Shown piece after piece: positions 41,575 through 52,356 of a DNA stretch of 64,000 nucleotides (its first letter is position 1; the number at the start of each line of letters is the position of its first letter). The notes beneath the pieces were generated by a model. The model saw nothing but the letters and a program-made list of their open reading frames with translations, did not search any database and had not been told where the DNA came from. Both the position numbers and the translations under genes were made by a program. This DNA is from Acidobacteriota bacterium. GTDB taxonomy: Bacteria; Acidobacteriota; Vicinamibacteria; Vicinamibacterales; CAVVIG01. The DNA lies in assembly GCA_003222535.1 (NCBI GenBank), contig QHWJ01000233.1:13736-77735 (forward strand), in the 5' to 3' direction.

Positions 41575-41950
41575 CAGGTGCCTCACGCAGGTTCGGCGGG
41601 CGCCGCAAACGCGGCGACGCAGCCGGATCGATGCGGAAATCCAGCGAGCGAAAGCAGCGGCCCGCGTTGGGTGTCGTCTCGGTGTCTCGGTGTCTCGGTG
41701 TATCGGTGTCTCAGTGGCGTGATTCCGTGGCGCAATCGCTGCGTGACGGCGCTCGGCGTGATTCCGTGGCGCAATCGCTGCGTGACGGCGCTCGCCGACA
41801 AATCTTGCTGGGAGAACAACCATCCCGACGTTTGTCGTACAGAGAGCATTTTGTTCTGGAGAGAAATCAAACCTCGGTGTCTCTGAGTCTCAGTGGCTTG
41901 TACTTCTCAGTGTTCTCCGCCGACTCTGTGTCGTCACTGGTGGACGCCCC
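41575..41950. repeat. composite repeat region: octamer array, perfect 39-bp tandem duplication and GAGACAC-type arms
   Basis: TCTCGGTG x3-5 at 41672-41715. GGCGTGATTCCGTGGCGCAATCGCTGCGTGACGGCGCTC x2 at 41716-41793. CTCGGTGTCTCTGAGTCTCAGTG near 41873. Confidence 0.85.
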
Positions 41951-41956
41951 AGCGCC

Positions 41957-43282
41957 ATGATCATCCGCGACATCGAAATCATCGATCTGCGCTTTCCCAC
42001 GTCGCGCACGCGCGCGGGGACCGATGCGATGCATCCAGACCCGGACTACTCCGCCGCGTACGTCGTCCTCGAGACCGACGCCGGGATCGAAGGCCACGGG
42101 TTTACATTCACGATCGGCCGTGGCAACGAGATTTGCGCCGAGGCGATCCGCGCCTTCTCTCCGCTCGTGATCGGCCGCACGCTCGAGGACATCAGGGCGG
42201 ATTTCGCCGGCTTCTGGCGGTCGCTCGCCTGCGACTCGCAGCTGCGTTGGCTCGGACCCGAGAAAGGCGTCATCCACCTCGCGCTGGCGGCCATCGTCAA
42301 CGCCGTGTGGGATCTCTGGGCGAAGACCGAGGGCAAGCCGCTGTGGAAGCTGCTGGCGGACATGACCCCAGCCCAACTCGTGTCGACGATCGACTTTCGG
42401 TACATCACCGACGCGCTCACACCGGACGAGGCGACCGATCTGCTCGCGCGCCAGCAGAGGACGAAACGCGAGCGCGAGGCGATCCTGCTCAGCCAGGGCT
42501 GTCCGGCCTACACGACGTCAGCCGGCTGGATGGGGTACAACGACGACCACGTCCGCCAACTCTGTCGTGAAGCGCTCTCCCAGGGGTGGACGCACTTCAA
42601 GGTGAAAGTGGGCGCGGCCCCCGGAGACGACGCACGACGACTGGCGGTCGTCCGCGACGCAATCGGACCGAATCTGAAGCTCATGATCGACGCCAATCAG
42701 CGCTGGGAGGTCGACGAGGCCATCGCGCGCGTGCGCGAGCTGGAGCGCTTCAACCTGTGGTGGATTGAAGAGCCGACCAGCCCGGACGACGTCCTTGGCC
42801 ACGCCCTCATCGCGAAAGCCGTGAAGCCGGTCGGCGTCGCCACCGGCGAGCACTGCCCGAACCGCATCGTGTTCAAGCAGCTGCTTCAGGCGCGGGCGAT
42901 CGACTTCTGTCAGATCGACAGCTGTCGTCTCGGTGGCGTGAATGAAAACCTCGCGGTCATCCTGATGGCGGCGAAATTTGGCGTGCCGATCTGCCCGCAT
43001 GCCGGCGGTGTCGGACTGTGCGAGCTCGTGCAGCACCTGTCGATGTTCGACTACGTCGCCGTGGCCGGACGGATGGACGACCGCGTCACCGAGTTCGTCG
43101 ATCATCTGCACGAGCACTTCGTCGATCCCGTCGTCATCCGCAAGGGACGCTACCTCGCGCCCGAGCGGCCAGGGTTCAGCAGCGAGATCCACGCGGCCTC
43201 GCGCGACACCTATCGTTACCCCGGCGGCCCCGCGTGGGCTTGTCCTGAGCGAGACGCTCATCCTTCGACAGGCTCAGGATGA
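41957..43282 (+). CDS. fucD: L-fuconate dehydratase (enolase superfamily)
   Basis: MIIRDIEIIDLRFPTSR...DAMHPDPDYSAAYVVLETD...GHGFTFTIGRGNE matches the FucD/ENOSF1 subgroup. The last ~14 codons are encoded by a repeat. Confidence 0.9.
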   Translation: MIIRDIEIIDLRFPTSRTRAGTDAMHPDPDYSAAYVVLETDAGIEGHGFTFTIGRGNEICAEAIRAFSPLVIGRTLEDIRADFAGFWRSLACDSQLRWLGPEKGVIHLALAAIVNAVWDLWAKTEGKPLWKLLADMTPAQLVSTIDFRYITDALTPDEATDLLARQQRTKREREAILLSQGCPAYTTSAGWMGYNDDHVRQLCREALSQGWTHFKVKVGAAPGDDARRLAVVRDAIGPNLKLMIDANQRWEVDEAIARVRELERFNLWWIEEPTSPDDVLGHALIAKAVKPVGVATGEHCPNRIVFKQLLQARAIDFCQIDSCRLGGVNENLAVILMAAKFGVPICPHAGGVGLCELVQHLSMFDYVAVAGRMDDRVTEFVDHLHEHFVDPVVIRKGRYLAPERPGFSSEIHAASRDTYRYPGGPAWACPERDAHPSTGSG

Positions 43283-43750
43283 GCGCGAGTCGAAGGGCCG
43301 CCGAGACAGCAGGAGAAGTTTGACCATGTAGATAAACAAGACGTACGTAGGGCGAGGCTTTCAGCCTCGCCGGACAGCGGGCCTGAAGGCCCGCCCTACC
43401 ACGCGATCCTCATCGCGTTGCTGACCGGGGTCGCCGGTCTCGCGGGCGTACGCAGTGTCCGCCTTCAGGCGGACCTGGCCCGGGCCTGAAGGATCTCCGT
43501 CGCGAGCGCGTGGAGCGGGAGACATTCTGATGACGACCGCCTCAGCCCGTGAGCATCCAGCGGATACGGCTCGGCCGCAGGATCGAAGACATCGGCGACG
43601 ACACAACGGCACGAACAGCGCCGGGACCACGAAGACACGAAAGCACGAAAAAGAAACGTTGTCTTCTTCGTGCCGTTCTTCGTGTTTTTCGTGTTTTCGT
43701 GGTTGCATTTGTCTGTGAACCCTGTCGGCGTGAAAGTGTCCATCTCGGGA
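43245..43750. repeat. ~0.5-kb intergenic block of nested repeats (PELVEG/FDRLR-type, REP hairpins, CACGAAA hairpin)
   Basis: GTCCTGAGCGAGACGCTCATCCTTCGACAGGCTCAGGATGAGCG; GTAGGGCG...GGGCCTGAAGGCCCGCCCTAC; GTCCGCCTTCAGGCGGAC; CACGAAGACACGAAAGCACGAAAAAG...CGTGTTTTTCGTGTTTTCGTGG. Confidence 0.8.
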
Positions 43751-43755
43751 GCCTA

Positions 43756-45198
<1,443 letters not shown>

Positions 45199-45226
45199 CC
45201 AGAAGCCTTCGCGGCCATGACGCGTG

Positions 45227-45264
45227 ACTTTACCGTTATAGTCCATTTACTTTAGCGGTAAAGT
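45227..45264. promoter_or_regulatory. two operator-like sites, ACTTTACCGTTATAGT and ACTTTAGCGGTAAAGT, centres 22 bp apart
   Basis: They differ from the 31765 palindrome at 2 and 1 positions. They lie 35-72 nt upstream of the TonB-dependent receptor ATG, which has an AGGAGG RBS at 45288. Confidence 0.65.
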
Positions 45265-45298
45265 CTGCGACACTCCCGCCTGACTCCCAGGAGGGTGC

Positions 45299-48200
45299 AT
45301 GCCCGCATCGATCGTCCGGCTCATGCCTTCGCGCTGCCCATTGTCTCGCGGCGCGGCCGTTGGCTTCCTGCTCGCCGCCCTGCTCGCTCCGCCCCACGCG
45401 CTCGCGCAGTCCGTCTCCAGCACCGTCGCCGGCACGGTCGTGGACCAGACGCGGCAGTCGCTGCCGCGCGCGACCGTCACGCTGGTCAACGAGCTGACGG
45501 GCGACCTGCGCTCCACGGAGACGAACGAGACGGGCGCCTTCGTGTTCGCTGCCGTTCAACCGGCGACCTATACGGTCCGTGTGGAGCTGAGCGGGTTCAC
45601 CACCTACGAGCTGCGCAACACCGCCGTCCCGCCGAACGAACAGCTCTCGATCGGGACCGTGCAGTTGAACATCGGATCGTTCGCCGAAACAGTGACCGCC
45701 ACGTCCCAGGGCAGCATCGTCCAGACGCTGAGCTCCGATCGATCCGCGCTCATCACCTCGACCCAGATCGAACAAGTCGCCGATCGCGGGCGCGACGTCG
45801 TCTCGCTCCTGCGGGTGCTGCCCGGCGTCGCGTACCAGACGCCGACCGACTCGCCCGGCGGCAACTTCGGCACGACGACGCCGAACATCAACGGCAACCG
45901 GGCCACATGGAACACGATGACCGTGGACGGCGTCGTCGGCAACGACCTGGGCAGCCCGCAGGTCTTCAGCAGCTCCATCAATTTCGACGCCATCGGCGAA
46001 GTGCAGGTGGAGCTGAACAACTATCGCGCCGAGTACGGCCGCAACGGCGGGCCGGTCGTCAACATCGTGACCAAGTCCGGCTCGAAGCAATACAAGGGCA
46101 GCGCCTACTGGTACAAGCGCGACGAAAACCTCAACGCGAACGATTTCTTCAACAACAGGAACGGCGTCGCGAAGCCGATCTACCGCTTCGACACCGTCGG
46201 CGCCACGCTCGGCGGGCCCATTCCCGTGCCAGGTATGAAATCGAGCCGCGACAAGCTGTTCTTCTTCTACTCGTTCGACGGGCTGAAGTCGCTCAACCCG
46301 CGGCCGCTGCAGCAGGTGACCACGCCGAGTGCGCTCGAGCGCGCCGGCGACTTCTCCCAGTCGCTCGACGTCAACGGGCGCCTCATCGTCGTTCGCGATC
46401 CGCTGACGGGCCTCCCGTTCGCGGGCAACGTAATCCCCCAGGCGCGTATCAACCGCAGCGGTCAGGCGCTGCTCGGGGTGTTTCCGCTCCCCAACGCGCT
46501 GGATCGCAGCCTCACGAAAGGCGCCTACAACTACAACTTCCAGGAAAGCCTCGACGTGCCGAAGCGCCAGAACGTGGTGCGCCTCGACTATCACCCGTCG
46601 GCGAGGGACGCGTTCTACGGGCGTATCTCGACGTGGTACGGCGACAATCAGGGGTACAACGTCGCGGCCGGCGGGTCGCCGTGGGGCCTGGTCAAGCTGC
46701 ACTACCTCTTCACCGACGACAGCGGGCTCTTCAACTACACGAGGGTCGTCAGCAACTCGATCGTGAACGAGATGTCCGTGTCGATCCGGCACAGCACGGA
46801 AAACGGGCCGCCGCTGAGCGATGCAGATCTGGCCGGGATCACCAAGAGCCACGCGGGCTTCTCTCTGGGGCAGCTCTTCCCGTCGATCAACCCGCTGGGC
46901 ATCATTCCTCAAGCGACGTTCACCGGCGTCAGCAACCCGGCCAACATCACCTACGACGGCCGCACGCCGCTGACCGGCGACGACAAGCTCTACACCGTCA
47001 ACGACACGCTGACGATGGTGCGCGGGAAGCACACCTACAAGGCGGGGATGTACGTCGAGCACGTGCGGAACGAAGAGGGTCCGACGGCGACCTTTGCCGG
47101 ACGGTACGACTTCAACAGCACCGACGCCAACAACCCGGGGAACACCGGCTATGCCTACGCCAACGCCCTGCTCGGCAACTTCGCGTCGTACACCGAGTCG
47201 ACGACGCGGCCGGGCGGCGGCGGATTGGCGAACGTCCTCGAATGGTTCGCGCAGGACACCTGGCGAACGACCCCGCAGCTGACGCTCGACTACGGGCTCC
47301 GGCTCGCGTGGTACTCGCACTACCGCCACGAGAGCGGCGGCGCGTCGGCGTTCTCGCTCGAGCGATACGATCCGTCGAAGGCGCCGCGCCTCTATTACCC
47401 CACGCTGGTGAACGGCGTGCGCCTCGGGCGTGATCAGGTCACGGGCGCGACGGTACCGGCCGTGCTGATCGGCGCGCAGGTGCCCGGCACGGGCGATCTC
47501 TCGAACGGTCTCGTGCTCGCGACCGACTCGAGCTATCCGGCTGGATTCAAGGAGCCGCCGCCGCTGCTGCCGGAGCCGCGCGCCGGCTTCGCGTACGACC
47601 TCAGAGGCGACGGCAAGACCGCGGTGCGCGGGAGCGTGGGCATGTTCCACAACACGCGCATGTCTGGCAACGTCAACTGGCAGGCGACGCGCAACCCGCC
47701 GCTCCAGTTCAACCCGCAGATTGTCTACGGGTCGATGGATACGCTGCTGCAGTCGACCGGTTTCAATTTCCCCAGCGACGTGCAGGGCTTCGAGAAGCAG
47801 ACGCGAACGCCGACGCTCTACGGCTATTCGATCGGCGTGCAGCGCGACATCGGGTGGGACACGGTGGTGGACGCCGCCTATGTCGGATCGCAGGGCCGTC
47901 AGCTGCTGCAGACGCGCAACCTGAACATCGTCCCCTACGGCGCGCACTTCCTCGCGGCAAACCAGGATCCGACCCGCGCCGGCGTGGCGCTCGCCGACAA
48001 CTTCTACCGGCCGTATCCCGGCTTCGCCAACGTGTGGTTCTTCGAGAACTCGGGACGGTCCGACTACAACGCGCTGCAGGTGCAGGCGAACCGGCGGTTC
48101 GCAAAGGGACTGCAGTTCGGCGTGGCGTACACGCTCTCGCGCTCGAGAGATTTCACCTCGAACAACGAGACCGGCACCGGCGCGAACATGCAGATCGCGA

Positions 48201-48859
48201 CGTACCAGAATCCCGAGACGTGGAACTACGGCCTGTCATCGTTCGATCAGCCGCACGTCGCCGTCATCAACTACACGTGGGACCTGCCGAAGGCGAGCGC
48301 GCGCTGGAACAACGCGCTCGCACGAGGTCTGCTCGACAACTGGCAGATCTCCGGGATCTCGACCTTCGCCAGCGGCACGCCGGTCTACGTGACGTTCACG
48401 ACGGTCGACGGCGCGGACATCACCGGCGGAGGTGACACGACCCGATTCAACGGCGGTCCCGGCGCGACGAACCCGACAGCGGGCAGCGGGGTCCCGAACC
48501 TGGTCGGCGATCCGAATCTGGGGTCGAGCCAGCGGAGCCTGACCGAGTGGTTCAACACGGCGGCCTTTGCGCGTCCGGCCCGCGGCGATGCCGGTAATTC
48601 GCCGAAGGACGTGATCCGGGGTCCCGGCGTGACCAATTCGGATGTCACGCTGTTCAAGAACATCCCGCTCGGCAGCGGCCTGCGGAAGCTGCAGCTGCGC
48701 TGGGAGATCTACAACGTCTTCAACAACACGCAGTTCGCGACGGTTGACTCCACGGCGCGTTTCGACGCGCAGGGCAATCAGGTGAACGCGCGGTTCGGTC
48801 AGGTGATCACGACGCGGCAGCCGCGGGTGATGCAGATCGCGATACGGATGGTGTTCTAG
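45299..48859 (+). CDS. TonB-dependent receptor with N-terminal carboxypeptidase-regulatory-like domain
   Basis: Signal peptide, then GTVVDQTRQSLPRATVTLVNELTG...TNETGAFVF...Y.V.VELSGF (CarboxypepD_reg), a plug and barrel, and a C-terminal ...MQIAIRMVF. Confidence 0.93.
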   Translation: MPASIVRLMPSRCPLSRGAAVGFLLAALLAPPHALAQSVSSTVAGTVVDQTRQSLPRATVTLVNELTGDLRSTETNETGAFVFAAVQPATYTVRVELSGFTTYELRNTAVPPNEQLSIGTVQLNIGSFAETVTATSQGSIVQTLSSDRSALITSTQIEQVADRGRDVVSLLRVLPGVAYQTPTDSPGGNFGTTTPNINGNRATWNTMTVDGVVGNDLGSPQVFSSSINFDAIGEVQVELNNYRAEYGRNGGPVVNIVTKSGSKQYKGSAYWYKRDENLNANDFFNNRNGVAKPIYRFDTVGATLGGPIPVPGMKSSRDKLFFFYSFDGLKSLNPRPLQQVTTPSALERAGDFSQSLDVNGRLIVVRDPLTGLPFAGNVIPQARINRSGQALLGVFPLPNALDRSLTKGAYNYNFQESLDVPKRQNVVRLDYHPSARDAFYGRISTWYGDNQGYNVAAGGSPWGLVKLHYLFTDDSGLFNYTRVVSNSIVNEMSVSIRHSTENGPPLSDADLAGITKSHAGFSLGQLFPSINPLGIIPQATFTGVSNPANITYDGRTPLTGDDKLYTVNDTLTMVRGKHTYKAGMYVEHVRNEEGPTATFAGRYDFNSTDANNPGNTGYAYANALLGNFASYTESTTRPGGGGLANVLEWFAQDTWRTTPQLTLDYGLRLAWYSHYRHESGGASAFSLERYDPSKAPRLYYPTLVNGVRLGRDQVTGATVPAVLIGAQVPGTGDLSNGLVLATDSSYPAGFKEPPPLLPEPRAGFAYDLRGDGKTAVRGSVGMFHNTRMSGNVNWQATRNPPLQFNPQIVYGSMDTLLQSTGFNFPSDVQGFEKQTRTPTLYGYSIGVQRDIGWDTVVDAAYVGSQGRQLLQTRNLNIVPYGAHFLAANQDPTRAGVALADNFYRPYPGFANVWFFENSGRSDYNALQVQANRRFAKGLQFGVAYTLSRSRDFTSNNETGTGANMQIATYQNPETWNYGLSSFDQPHVAVINYTWDLPKASARWNNALARGLLDNWQISGISTFASGTPVYVTFTTVDGADITGGGDTTRFNGGPGATNPTAGSGVPNLVGDPNLGSSQRSLTEWFNTAAFARPARGDAGNSPKDVIRGPGVTNSDVTLFKNIPLGSGLRKLQLRWEIYNVFNNTQFATVDSTARFDAQGNQVNARFGQVITTRQPRVMQIAIRMVF

Positions 48860-48862
48860 AGA

Positions 48863-48916
48863 GCGGGACTGGGGACTCGGCCGTGCTTCAGCCTTAGTCC
48901 CCAGTCCCCAGTCCCC
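48863..48916. repeat. GGGGACT-family hairpin between convergent genes (terminator candidate)
   Basis: GGGACTGGGGACT ... AGTCCCCAGTCCCCAGTCCCC. The right arm runs into the rhodanese stop codon. Confidence 0.85.
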
Positions 48917-49356
48917 TATTTGTGTTGGGTGCGCGGAGCGAGCCTGGGCGGCGTGGAGGTGGCGGGCGAAGCGATCGGCAGCCTCGCCTCGCGCCAGGCC
49001 TGAAACCCGCCGACCACATCCGCCGCCCGGTGCAACCCGATCAGCTTGAGCGTGGCCGCCGCCAGTGATGAGGCGTACCCTTCGTCGCAGATCACGATCC
49101 AGTGGACGTCCACGTCCGCGGCCTCCGGAATCCGGTCCGCGCTCGCCGGGTGCAGCCGCCACTCCAGATGATTGCGCTCCACGACGATCGCACCCGGGAT
49201 CTCGCCGTCAGCCCGGCGCTGGAATTCAGGCCGGATGTCGACCAGGATCGCCCCGTTCCGGACCGCATCCCAGGCCTGTTGCGGCTGGAGCCGCGCGAGC
49301 CGCGAGCGCGCGGATGAGGAGGCGGTCCAGGCGACGATCGCGGTCGATGGGATCAC
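48916..49356 (-). CDS. rhodanese-like domain protein
   Basis: ILVDIRP...ERNHLEWRL...VICDEGYASSLAA..L...G pattern. Confidence 0.75.
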   Translation of the reverse strand: MIPSTAIVAWTASSSARSRLARLQPQQAWDAVRNGAILVDIRPEFQRRADGEIPGAIVVERNHLEWRLHPASADRIPEAADVDVHWIVICDEGYASSLAAATLKLIGLHRAADVVGGFQAWREARLPIASPATSTPPRLAPRTQHK

Positions 49357-49465
49357 CCATGTCGGTTCCCATGTATACGTAATGCGAGCCGTTCAGGCTC
49401 CTCACCTCGAGGGCGAGCCGTTCAGGCTCCCTTACATGGAGCGCGAGCCTTCAGGCGAGCGGTTG

Positions 49466-50560
49466 ATGTGGAATCGTCGCATAGAAGATAATTCCGCCGC
49501 TGCCGTGACCGCGAGAGCTCTCTTCGCTGCGCTTCTCCTCGCCTCGTGTGCTGGTCGCGCCGCGACGCCGGCCGTGACCACGCTCATCGGCACCGGCGTG
49601 TCCGGCTATTCCGGGACGCAGGTGAACAATCCTTACGGCCTGGTGATCGGACCCGACGGCGCCCTGTACTTCTGCGATCTCGACAACCAGCGCATCCGGC
49701 GCCTCGATCTTGCGACGAAGCGGCTGACAACGGTCGCCGGCAACGGCGAACGCGGGTACCGCGGCGACGGCGGGCCCGCAGCGGCCGCCGCCCTGAACAT
49801 GCCGCACGAGCTCCGGTTCGATCGGCTCGGCAACCTGTTCATCGCGGAGCGCGACAACCACGTGATCCGGAAGGTCGACCGCGCAACGGGCATCATCAGC
49901 ACAGTGGCGGGTACCGGCGCGCCCGGATTCAGCGGCGACGGCGGGCCCAGTGCGAACGCGCAGCTTCGCCAGCCGCACAGCCTCGTGTTCGACCGTGACG
50001 GCCGTCTGCTGGTCTGCGATATCGGCAACCAGCGCATTCGCAGGATTTCCCTCGACACCGGCATCATCGAGACGTATGCCGGCACGGGTGAAGCGAAGCC
50101 GACGCCGGAGGGCGCGGCCGTGAACGGCACGCCGCTCAATGGCCCACGCACGTTTGCAATGGCCCCGAACGGCGATCTCTACCTGGCGTTGCGTGAAGGC
50201 AACGCCATCCTGCGAATCGACCGGGCCACGCAGACGTTTCATCGCGTGGCCGGAACAGGCGAGCAGGGCTACAGCGGCGATGGCGGTCCGGCTCTGAACG
50301 CGAAGCTTGCGGGACCGAAGGGGCTGGCGATCGGAGCGGACAACACGCTCTACGTGGCCGATACCGAGAACCACGTGATTCGCGGCATCGATCTCCGAAC
50401 CGGCCTCATCACGACGGTGCTCGGAACGGGCACGCGCGGTGACGGCCCGGAACCTAATCCGCTCGAATGCAGGCTGGCGCGGCCGCATGGCGTCCTCGCG
50501 GCCAACGGCGCGCTCTACGTCTCGGACAGTGAAGCGCACCGTATCCGCGTCGTTCGATAA
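49466..50560 (+). CDS. NHL-repeat beta-propeller lipoprotein/secreted protein
   Basis: Lipobox-like LLASCAG. Six repeats of the form P.GL..DGALY..D..N.IRR.D. Confidence 0.85.
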   Translation: MWNRRIEDNSAAAVTARALFAALLLASCAGRAATPAVTTLIGTGVSGYSGTQVNNPYGLVIGPDGALYFCDLDNQRIRRLDLATKRLTTVAGNGERGYRGDGGPAAAAALNMPHELRFDRLGNLFIAERDNHVIRKVDRATGIISTVAGTGAPGFSGDGGPSANAQLRQPHSLVFDRDGRLLVCDIGNQRIRRISLDTGIIETYAGTGEAKPTPEGAAVNGTPLNGPRTFAMAPNGDLYLALREGNAILRIDRATQTFHRVAGTGEQGYSGDGGPALNAKLAGPKGLAIGADNTLYVADTENHVIRGIDLRTGLITTVLGTGTRGDGPEPNPLECRLARPHGVLAANGALYVSDSEAHRIRVVR

Positions 50561-50614
50561 GCACTCTCACGCGGCGCCTGCGACGCCGATGGACACCTGC
50601 GCGTCGCTCTGAAA

Positions 50615-50812
50615 AAAAACAAATGCAACCACGAAAACACGAAAATCACGACGCCGCAGATTCGTTTCCTCGACGTTGAGAAGAGATTGCTCGGCTGACG
50701 CCTTCGCGCTACGTGCGATGAGCGGCGGTCGCCCGCTGAAACGGCCAGAACCTGGACAGAGTCGGGCGGAATTCCAAATTCCAAATTCCAAATTCTTAAT
50801 TCCTAATTCTCT
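50615..50812. repeat. repeat block: AAATGCAACCACGAAAACACGAAAA head plus an AAATTCC heptamer array
   Basis: 50620-50652 matches 38000-38030 and the reverse complement of 43680-43710. GGAATTCCAAATTCCAAATTCCAAATTCTTAATTCCTAATTC lies at 50768-50809, abutting the fucosidase stop. Confidence 0.85.
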
Positions 50813-52188
50813 CAGCGGATCGCCCGGTCGCCGGCGAACTCCACGACGACGACGGTCGCCATCGGATCGAAGATCGGGCGCTCGAGGTTGAGGAACGTGC
50901 GTCCGTTCTCGGTCTTCATCTCGACCGGCGCCTTGTCGGCGAGACGATAGGCGCGCCTGATCGTGTTTTTCATCGCCGGAATCGCGAACGGCGCGCGCGG
51001 CTCGTCGAAGAATGTGAAATACAGCTTGCCCGGCTTGGTGGTGACGCGCCACTGGACCTGCTGGTACATGAGCGCATCGCCGCGTACGTCTTTTGCGCCG
51101 CGGGCGCTCGGCTCACCCAGTTCTTCGCCGAACGGTGTCGCGCCGGCGCCGTACACCGCGTCGCCGTTCACCTGCAGCCATCGCCCGACGGTGCGCAGGA
51201 TGTCCTGGCTCGGCTGCGGGATCACGCCTTCGGCCGTCGGCCCGACGTTGAGCAGGTAGTTGCCCCCCTTGCTGACGATGTCCACCAGCTTGAACGCGAT
51301 CTGGCCGGGCGACTTCCAGTCGGTGTCGTCGGTCCGGTACCCCCACGTGTGATTGATCGTCGCCGGTACTTCCCACGCCTCGCCTGACACGTTGGGCGGC
51401 ACCACGTTGTCGCCGGTGCTGGTGTAGTCGCCTTCCGCGCCGAGCCGTCCGTCGATCAGCGTGTCGGGCTGCAGCTCCCTGACGATCCTGGCGAACCGGT
51501 GCGGGCGGTCGCCGGTCATCATGCGCGGCGTGTCGAACCAGATCAGCGCCACCTTGCCGTATCCCGTGAGCAGCTCGCGCACCTGCGGCTCCGCCTTTCC
51601 GCGCAGGTACTGGTCGTAATCCTTCTTCTCGTCGGCGCCGAAGTCCCACGTGTTGCCCGCACCGTTCGGCTCGTGCCAGTCCTGCGATTGCGAGTAATAG
51701 AACCCGAGCCGGATGCCTCCGCGCGCGCAGGCGTCGGCGAGCTCCTTGAGGACGTCCCGCTTGAACGGCGTCGCGTCGACGACGTTGTACGCGCTCGCCT
51801 TCGACTTGAACAGCGCGAAGCCGTCGTGATGCTTCGAGGTGATCACGATGTACTTCATCCCCGCGTCTTGCGCGATCTTCACCCACTCGTCGGCGTTGAA
51901 CCTGACGGGGTTGAAGCGGGTCGCGAGCTGTTCATATTCCTTCACCGGCACGGCCGACCGGAGCATCACCCACTCGCCGAGGCCCGGCGAGCGCCTGCCG
52001 TTCCACTGACCGGCCGGGATCGCATACAGCCCCCAGTGGATGAAGAGGCCGTACTTCGCCTCGCGGAACCACGCGAGACGCTTCTCGCGCTGCGGATCGG
52101 GCGCACGCGGCGTCTGCGCCGCAAGCGTGACCGACAGCAACGCGAGGATCATGCATGCGAGAAATGTTGGTCGCATCATCGATCGCAT
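50812..52188 (-). CDS. alpha-L-fucosidase (GH29), secreted
   Basis: KYGLFIHWGLYA, ITSKHHDGFALF and GFYYS motifs, plus a signal peptide. Confidence 0.93.
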   Translation of the reverse strand: MRSMMRPTFLACMILALLSVTLAAQTPRAPDPQREKRLAWFREAKYGLFIHWGLYAIPAGQWNGRRSPGLGEWVMLRSAVPVKEYEQLATRFNPVRFNADEWVKIAQDAGMKYIVITSKHHDGFALFKSKASAYNVVDATPFKRDVLKELADACARGGIRLGFYYSQSQDWHEPNGAGNTWDFGADEKKDYDQYLRGKAEPQVRELLTGYGKVALIWFDTPRMMTGDRPHRFARIVRELQPDTLIDGRLGAEGDYTSTGDNVVPPNVSGEAWEVPATINHTWGYRTDDTDWKSPGQIAFKLVDIVSKGGNYLLNVGPTAEGVIPQPSQDILRTVGRWLQVNGDAVYGAGATPFGEELGEPSARGAKDVRGDALMYQQVQWRVTTKPGKLYFTFFDEPRAPFAIPAMKNTIRRAYRLADKAPVEMKTENGRTFLNLERPIFDPMATVVVVEFAGDRAIR

Positions 52189-52260
52189 AGAATTGCTCCT
52201 GTCGCGGCCGGGTGGCGGACGCCACGGCCGCCCGGATCGGCGCGCCGGTTGTGGTACTAT

Positions 52261-52298
52261 GCTTTACCGGTAAAGTCAAGTTACTTTAGCGATAAAGT
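52261..52298. promoter_or_regulatory. two operator-like sites, GCTTTACCGGTAAAGT and ACTTTAGCGATAAAGT, centres 22 bp apart, in the fucosidase/lacI divergent region
   Basis: Same motif and same 22-bp spacing as at 45227-45264. Confidence 0.65.
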
Positions 52299-52356
52299 TT
52301 GAGCGTGCGGGGGCGACCGTTTCAGGGTCGCCCCCAGGGAAAGGATCAACGCCCGG

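Noticed and set aside
45236-47947. 903-aa ORF antisense to the TonB-dependent receptor. Similar long antisense or alternate-frame ORFs occur at 1218-2324, 1235-2488, 15182-16456, 16213-17487, 19236-20807, 20915-22054, 23134-24927, 29901-31631, 39000-40568, 53027-54814 and 55586-57358.
   Set aside because: Their composition is Arg/Ala/Gly/Asp-rich with no recognisable motifs. Each lies opposite or out of frame to a gene with clear family signatures. Long stop-free frames are expected by chance at this GC content.
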